From Octopus vulgaris (taxonomy: Eukaryota), in assembly GCA_951406725.2 (NCBI GenBank), contig OX597831.1, positions 310,001 to 374,000 of the forward strand: 64,000 bases of DNA, in the 5' to 3' direction. Positions within the stretch are counted from its first letter, which is position 1. Each line of letters starts with the position of its first letter. A program made the position numbers and the translations under genes. The notes below the pieces were generated by a model. It was not told where the DNA came from. It ran no database searches and saw only the letters and a list, made by a program, of their open reading frames with translations. Shown piece by piece: positions 13,656 through 64,000 of this stretch.

Positions 13656-16312
13656 TTAATAATAATAATAATAATAATAATGATAGTACAATACATACAT
13701 ACAGACACACACACACATTTAGCATTCAGTTGCTTCCACTTGGGTAGCATGTTCACTTGATGATCAGACATGAGGAAGTCTTAAATGTCGATGCATGCAG
13801 ATACTTCAGTCTACAAATCTATCAAACCCTAATCAGCATATAAAAATCAGGATTATTAGACACATACATACTAATAAGAAAATACAGTTATATCTTACCC
13901 CCCAAATAATTAATCTTAAACCATTCGGTGGTGACTGAACTGAAAATCTTAGCAAATTTAATCATTAGCCATTAGGGTAGGTTAGATGTAGCCTGGATGT
14001 GTTAGGAGTAGACCGCCAGATCATCATCATCATCATCCTCATCGTTTAACGTCCATTCTCCATGCTAGCATGGGTTGGACGGTTCGACCGGGGATCTGGG
14101 AAGCCAGAAGGCTGCACCAGGCTCCAGTCTTATCTGGCAATGTTTCTACAGCTGGATGCCCTTCCTAATGCCAACCACTCCGTGAGTGTAGTGGGTGCTT
14201 TTTACATGCCACCGGCACAGATATAGGGAGATATTATTTTCACATACGGGGGAGAAAAATAAAAGTGGGTGGGTGACAGGTATGGTTATTTGTTAAGAAA
14301 TTTGCTTTGCAACTATGTTATTTTGGTTCAGTCCTTCCTAACTGCAGAGCACCCTGGGCAAGTGTGTTCTGTAGCCTCAGGGCTGATCAACTCCTTGTGA
14401 GTGTACTTAGTAGATGGAAACTGCATGGATGCCTCTGTGTGTCTGTATGTGTGTTTGCACCTCACCCTCCACACAACAAACTGTTGGTTTGTTTGTTCCT
14501 GTAAGTTAGTGTTTTGGCAAAAGAGACTAATAGAATAAGCATTGGTCTTTAAAAAACAAGTTTCAATTTGTTCTACTTAATCCTTTATCATTCAGATTAC
14601 TCAGTCAAATACAATGTTTATTCACTTTTGGCTTATCTCAATTACTTATGGCTTACCTCATAGCTTTGAGATTTCAATGATATTGTTTATTTTTAGAAAG
14701 ACATTGCAACATAAGTGTGAGAAATTGGATCTTACCAGTTTGAACATAAAACAGGTAGAATATTTGGGCTGGATATGATAGAATTAAATGCTGAAGTGTG
14801 AAGCCTTTCAACATAGTACCTGAGCATTGTCACAATCCCATGACTGAAACAAGTAAAGGATAAAAGATAAAACCATAGCTGTCGCTCACTGATAGTTGAA
14901 TGTAACCTGGTAGCTGGTGCCACGTTTTCACTAATTGTTTTAGGGGCCTTTGTTGTCACAACCAAGCATAAATACACTCTTGGTAAGAGAACTGTAGCAG
15001 CGTTTGACTGGTATCCATTCGACTGAAGCAACTTAAAATGAAGCACCCTTCTTAAAAAGACACAACACATTGCTCAGTCCAGGAATCAAGCCTTCAAATT
15101 TTTGAGAGTTGAACACTAACCACTAGGTTGTGTACTTTCACATGTAGCATAACCCCTCCTGTCAAGGTAAAGCTTATCTTTTTGGCAATCCACTCTGATT
15201 CACAGTACTTTTACCCCAGCATCTATAGTGTTGGGTGGATAAAACAGTCCATTCCTGTCTATTAACTGCAACTGTTGCAGGGAAGACCCAGCACTTCTCT
15301 GAGGAAAATTATATTGAGGGACAAGTAAAATCAACTGTTTAGCTTGAGATGTGAACTTATGTAGAATACACATCCAGTAGGTGTCATAGATAGGCACCGT
15401 AATCATAAAGCTGTCATTTTAGCATAAACCTTTTGAGTCTTTGTGGGGTAGAAAGGGCTCCTTAGCCGTAGTGAAGGCAATCTATCTAGGGAGATAACCT
15501 TACAATAAATCACTGGGTCCGTAGCTTAGAAATATTGGGTTGACGTCCAGCGGGAACAGCTTTGTTTCATGGAGGAGGAAAGATCTTCTTTAGTACTTGG
15601 TTGTACAATGCTTTCCAATGTGTGTAGTAGTGGCGCGCGCACACATTATTAGCCATTTGAAAAGACTATGAAAGTCTCGACCACGGTCGAACAATGATGA
15701 TGATGATTGAGTCTTTGTAACAAATTCCACTCAGCTTGTTAAGAAATAGCTGTCAGATATTCCTCAAACCACACCCTACCATTGTAAAAAAGGAACTTTG
15801 CGGATTATGAACTGTGATTTAATTATAGTTGGAAAGACTTTTGACATAGGTAGGTGTCTTCAGTGTAGACAACCTGGCATTCAGCAATAACCTTTTCAAT
15901 TTTCAACTCATGACCTTTAACTTCACAACATGAAATCACAGAATAATATCTGTGTGGATGTTTACAGTTTGTGCTGAGCCATGGAAGAGAATGTCATTGT
16001 TTGTAGCTGGCAGATCATCTGCTAGCTTTGTGTTTTATAAATTCCTTTGGAATAAAATATTCTTTACTTGAAAAATAAGGGTTGGCAACAGGAATAGCAT
16101 CCTGTGGTAAAAACCTTCTCTCAAAGTGTCATCTTATCTTTGCAATCATGGATAGAGTGACATCAAAACAGATGGAGAAAATGCATTTTTGTATGTGTAA
16201 TATATGTACATAGAAGTGTGTGTGTGTGTATGTCTACTGTTTTAATTTTTTTAAAAACCAAAACAGTGCAAGTTATAAGAAATAATACAAGTCAATGGTT
16301 TATACTTTTACC

Positions 16313-16702
16313 ATCATCATCATCATCATCATCATCGTTTAACGTCTGTTTTCCATGCTAGCATGGGTTGGACGGTTCGACCGGGGATCTGGGAAGCCAG
16401 AAGGCTGCACCAGGCTCCGGTCTTAACTGGCAATGTTTCTACAGCTGGATACCCTTCCTAACGCCAACCACTCCGTGAGTGTAGTGGGTGCTTTTTACGT
16501 GCCACCTGCACAGGTGCCAGGCGAGGCTGGCAACGGCCACGGTCGGATTGGTGTATTTTATGTGCCACCGGCACGGAAGCCAGTCGAGGTGGCGCTGGCA
16601 TCGGCCACGAATCGGATAGTGCTTTTTACGTACCACCAGGCCAGGGATCCTGGCTGGTTCAATTCGATTTCGATTTCGCTTGCCCCAACATGTCTTCGCA
16701 GC
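16313..16702 (-). mobile_element. RTE LINE 3'UTR copy
   Basis: (CAT)n followed by CGTTTAACGTC...; near-identical to 37074-37455 and 20597-20955. Other - strand copies at 2395-2640, 3843-3933, 14020-14220, 22562-22965, 25958-26395, 27286-27572, 48549-49010, 50198-50394. Confidence 0.85.
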
Positions 16703-17040
16703 ATTACAATATTTTGTACACATCCTATAAAACAAAAAAGCTGGCTCACCATACCATTTTTCCGAAGATTTCACTAGTGAGGTCACTATACAACTTACAA
16801 TATTAAAAATGCAATTTTTAAAAGTCCACTTTTTAAAAAAAATCAGCAACTACTAAGAATATGGTAAAAAGAGTCAACATTCTTAGAACACATCCAAAAG
16901 AAGACTGTTCAGGAAACATGCTAACACAATGGAACATCACTAAGTAAAATGAAATGGGGGGGAGGGCAGATTTCTAACCCTTTTGATAGTCTTATTCACC
17001 AGCAAAATAATGTCCTCTACATCGATATAAGGTACATTAA

Positions 17041-17260
17041 TCCTTTTGATACCAACCCGCCTGAAACCGCCTCTGGCTCTGTAGTACAAATGTCTTATTT
17101 TCAAAACTCCTGCGTTAAAATCTTCCACCAAACCTTAGTCACAGTTTATGTTCCTAACACTAGCTTAATGGTAACTGTTATTTTATTAAATTCTTTGTTA
17201 TATTTAAAATTAATTAAAAGATACTCAGAGCATCTCAAAATAAATATGGTAACGAAAGGG
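17041..17260. mobile_element. piggyBac-type MITE family B
   Basis: TTAA flanks and TIR-like ends; diverged copies near 5468-5680, 19595-19817, 25460-25670. Confidence 0.75.
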
Positions 17261-20200
17261 TTAACTCAACTACATCATTCTAATATCGCCTCCTCTTCAC
17301 CACTATTGCTATCACCATCTCTGTTGTCTGACCCTATGAGTTTGGTTGTCTCCTAAATGCACTCTTTGTCTGTTATACAAGCTGACAAATGGTGCTGGCA
17401 TGTCAGTTATCAAGTGATGGTAGCTTATAAATATAATATCCCAGTGCAATAATTTGCTTTAAGTGTATCTATGTGTGTGTAAATGTATGTTACTTATGCA
17501 TGCCTTCAATATGGTGTTTGCTGTTGTTTAACCATATGTCGGTGACTGAATTGAACTGACATATAATTAGAGGCAATCAAATCACTATCGTTCCATATCT
17601 GTTGATTAATTATATATATATGGTCCTTTCCTACAGTTAAATACACACATGTTACCACCTCAGTATGTATTCAAATATACATGTTCTCTCCTATATGTGG
17701 GTCAAATATGGTTGTTGTTGTTGTTGCTGTCGTCATTGTTGCGTAACTCCAAGTCAGTGGCTCAATGGGCCAGACCCTATAATCAAAGGCATGATGTGTT
17801 GTTTCCCACCTCCTTACAAAGTATTTTACTATCGGCTCTATTATCCAGTGTACATTTTTCTTAAGATAGTAGGATGTGATTTGAGGGAGATTTAGCTGCT
17901 ATTTCTAACAGGTTAAGCAACCAAATAGAACCTCTCTTGTTAGTTTGTCAACAGCTTGTCATTCTGTAGAATATAATAAAAGCAGGCATGTGAGCATGAG
18001 TAGAATATCGGGGAGGGGAGTTTGCTGTAGTGATTTACATTGTGGCCCAGGTGAACCACCAGTAGTCCATCCCAAAGTCTTTGGTGGTCCACAGCAAATT
18101 TTATAAGACGAAGGAAATCACTAAATGTGACTATCTAAATCCTAAGTAAATTTACATATAATTCATACAGTCATCATCATCACCATCATTTAAATGTCTG
18201 TTTTTCCATGGGTCAGATGGAGTTTGTTTGAGACAGATTTACTAAGGCCAGATTCTCTTCCTGTTGTTACCCCTCCCCATGTAGTTTCTTAGCAAGGTAA
18301 TGTTTCCTCATGGCTAGACATGTTTTGGTGGAACATTGGAAATGAATGATTGCTTGTGTGGCAGTGACAATTATTTACACTTAATCATGTAATATTAAGA
18401 CAATGGCACACTCAAGCACACATGCATGTATGCGTGCATGGCAAGTTTGTTTTAGTTTCCATCTACCATATCCAGTCGCAAGACTTTGGTTGGTCTGGGG
18501 GCCAGAGTAGAGGACATTTGCCTAAAGTGTCACATTCCTGAAAAACCGAACTTCTTACCACACAGCCACTCTTGCACCTTTTGTGTAGTGACAATGAAAG
18601 AGACAGAAGGAGCACACAGTTCACCAGAGTGCATTGTGTTTCGCTCAATGAATGTGAACCCTTTTGTTGCTGTATTTCTTAGTGAGATACACACAGCTTA
18701 TCTACTTGAATAAATTGTGGAAATTTATCAAGAATTTGAAGAGATTTAGTAAAGTAACTTTTCTATTATTCAGCTGATGTTTGGAACATAAACAAAAAAT
18801 TCACAGAAGTTTTTAAGAACACTTTTAAAATAAACCAGTTTTGTAGCAGTAAGTGCTAGAGATATTTCAGCAGGATTGATATCAAAAGAATTAAGCAAGA
18901 CTTTTTGAGCTAACACACTGACCTCACCCGCTCAACATTCTGTTTGCTACTGCAGATTAATATCTAGATCTAGATACTATATTTAACGACTGATTTGTAA
19001 AGCTAAAACTGCCTGATGTAGAAGAAAATAGACGTCTGAACTCCATTGAATATAATATATAGAGTAAGATGTTGTTTATTCTCCAATAAATCAATCAATC
19101 AACTGATCAATATAGATCAGCTAATAACAGACTTATTTATTGACCAATGTGGAGGTGGGAAGAGGGTTCCTTCTCTTTATCTCTAATTATTATTTTCATT
19201 CATGGGGAGTGAAGGTTGGGACTGGTTCCCTTTTACTAAGTAGACATTGCTTTGAAAACTGACTGGCAAAAGGAGACATTGGCTTTTAAATGCTTAGTGC
19301 AAATTTTTTTTTCTTTTCTTTTGAAAAACATTGTTTACCCTAAAGAGAAATCTTATATTTTAAACGTTTGAAATTATATAAATGTATTAAAACCTGCATT
19401 AAGTCTTTAAGGTAGAAACAAAGCTACTTAATGTTAAATGAATGTGTGTGTTAAAGCTGATAAGATTTAGGACTTTACAATCATTTAAGGAATCTTTGAA
19501 TTGTACCCAAATATAGTTTATAATCATTATCATGGCTGGGTGGCCTAGAAGTTTGCCTTGCCTTGATTATATGACACTGTGGACAAGTGTTTAACCCTCT
19601 TGTTACCATATCTCAGTTAACATAAGTTGCCTTTGTTTCAGTTAATCTTTGAAATAATGTAGAAGTTAGTAAAATAAAACTTTGTAATTATTAAGCTGAG
19701 GCCTGGAACAATTTAGCATAAAATTTTGATGGAAATTATAATCTAGACAACTTTAAAACAGTAATTTTATGTCATAGAACCTGGGGCGGTCTTAAGCAGG
19801 CTGGTATCAAAAGGATTAATACTAATAATCTTGGGTTGAACTAAGTCCACTGTGAATGAAATTAGACTGGTGGGGGTCTATTGGATGGGCTGTATTTTTT
19901 CTTGAATGGTTTATCACCACCAATACTGACGGTTTTTTCAGTACCTTTAGCAGAGTCCATTGTGATGCAAACATTTCAACAATGTCTCTAGTCTGAGGGC
20001 AAACTATCAGGTACTATCTCATTGATATTTTGGTTATTTCACTACTTTTCCATCTGGATGACTGGTACAGCAGACAGTTTCTATTTTCATCTATTCTATC
20101 AATGTCTTATCTTGGGGAATATCTCATCTTTATTTAAATAAAACAAAAATAGGAAAGGATAAGGACATAGCTGGGTTCCTTCATATTGCAATAATAAAGG

Positions 20201-21461
20201 TTACTGGAATTGGTAAAAAAAAAGAGTTCTGGAAATGGTAATGGTATTTAAATGTTTCAGAATCTGCTTTTTCTTAATGCATTGTTCAACTGAAAGTAGA
20301 TGCCATCCTGTTCACTTGATGTAAGAATCGTATCATCTGTCTGTAAAATGAAAATATTTGCTACAAGTGGTTTTTGGCAGATTATACTCTGATTTCAAAT
20401 CCTGTTTAGGTCATCGTTAGTTTGTTCTCTTTTGAAGGAGTGGAGTGGGGCTCAATCAAATACAACAATTACCAATAATATGTACACATTTGATACAGTC
20501 AACTTACATCTCTCTTATCTGTAATGTAATCATCCATTATTAACTCTAGATGAACAGAAGTAGTCCAGACATGACCACTCAGATTATCTAAGACTACATC
20601 ATCGTTTAACGTCCGTTCTCCATGCTAGCATGGGTTGGACGGTTCGACCGGGGATCTGGGAAGCCAGAAGGCTGCACCAGTCTTATCTGGCAACGTTTCT
20701 ACAGCTGGATGCCCTTCCTAACGCCAACCACTCCGTGAGTGTAGTGGGTGCTTTTTACGTGCCACCTGCACAGGTGCCAGGCGAGGCTGGCAACGGCCAC
20801 GGTCGGATTGGTGTATTTTACGTGCCACCGGCACGGAAGCCAGTCGTGGCGGCGCTGGCATCGGCCACGAGTCGGATAGTGCTTTTTACATACCACCAGA
20901 CCAGGGATCCTGGCTGGTTCAATTCGATTTCGATTTCGCTTTCGCTTGCCCCAACATTACATTATTCATTATTTCTTTAACCCATTAGCATTCAGATTAC
21001 GCTGTCAAATGTATTGCTTATTCATTCATATTGTTTTTACTTAATCATGCATTATCTCATAGCCTAAATGATGTGATTGTATCTTTTTAGAATGACTTCG
21101 TATGGTAGGTGTGGGAGGTTAGATCTGACTGGTTTGAGCATAAAACAGGTAGAATATTTTGGCTGGATATGCTAAATGCTAAAGGGTTAAAAGATAGTAG
21201 GGTATGATATGAGTGAAATTTGACTATTTATATCAGGTTGCATAAACACATTGAGAATCCCTTGTTGGCTAGAATATCATTTATTTGTGTTTCCAGGTAT
21301 ATATAGCTTAGCAAAAGGACATCTATTGATTTGCATTTAGTCGTTAGCATGGGGATTGCTTTGTTTTATTATGTGCATCTTTGTGTTTTGAGAATAAGAG
21401 AGAGAGAGGAAGCCTTGGTTTTTGCTAAATAATCAATACGAATTATTTCTTTTCTCCCTAG

Positions 21462-63873
<42,412 letters not shown>

Positions 63874-64000
63874 GTTGATAACATTTTTATACTTTTGTTG
63901 TCAATTTCCTTGTTTTACTTTGGGTGAAATGCGATGTGGTGGCAGCAATCCATTAAATAGCCTCTCACACGTGTTGTTGTTGTTGTTTAGCCTAATCATT

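Noticed and set aside
1-21461. Additional upstream NSD exons such as PWWP1
   Set aside because: I found no segment with both credible splice sites and NSD-like coding. Short candidates near 1675-1730 and 11031 lack support, so this is treated as one long intron; small exons could have been missed.

Overview
Eukaryotic, AT-rich, microsatellite- and transposon-dense DNA. The repeat families and an invertebrate-code mitochondrial insert point to an octopus (coleoid cephalopod) genome; this is my inference. The window lies inside one + strand gene, an NSD-family (NSD1/2/3, Mes-4) H3K36 methyltransferase. I resolved 13 GT-AG exons (21462-63873) that splice into one continuous frame of about 816 codons: low-complexity linker, poly-Glu tract, PHD1-4, PWWP2, AWS, SET, post-SET. 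The N-terminus and the final C-terminal exons are outside the window. The introns hold >25 RTE-LINE 3' ends, two CR1-clade LINE families, at least four tRNA-derived SINE families, three piggyBac-type TTAA MITE families (some nested), decayed mariner elements, Penelope-like relics (GIY-YIG fragment, minimal hammerhead ribozymes) and an ND5 NUMT. The best leads are: a candidate alternative terminal exon giving a SET-less short NSD; hammerhead motifs in a fold-back element; several near-perfect hairpins in the pre-mRNA; a head-to-head RTE pair enclosing an inverted copy of local intron DNA; and a SET codon where one A-to-I edit would recreate the hyperactive NSD2 T1150A change. All coordinates were read by eye, and repeat boundaries are approximate.
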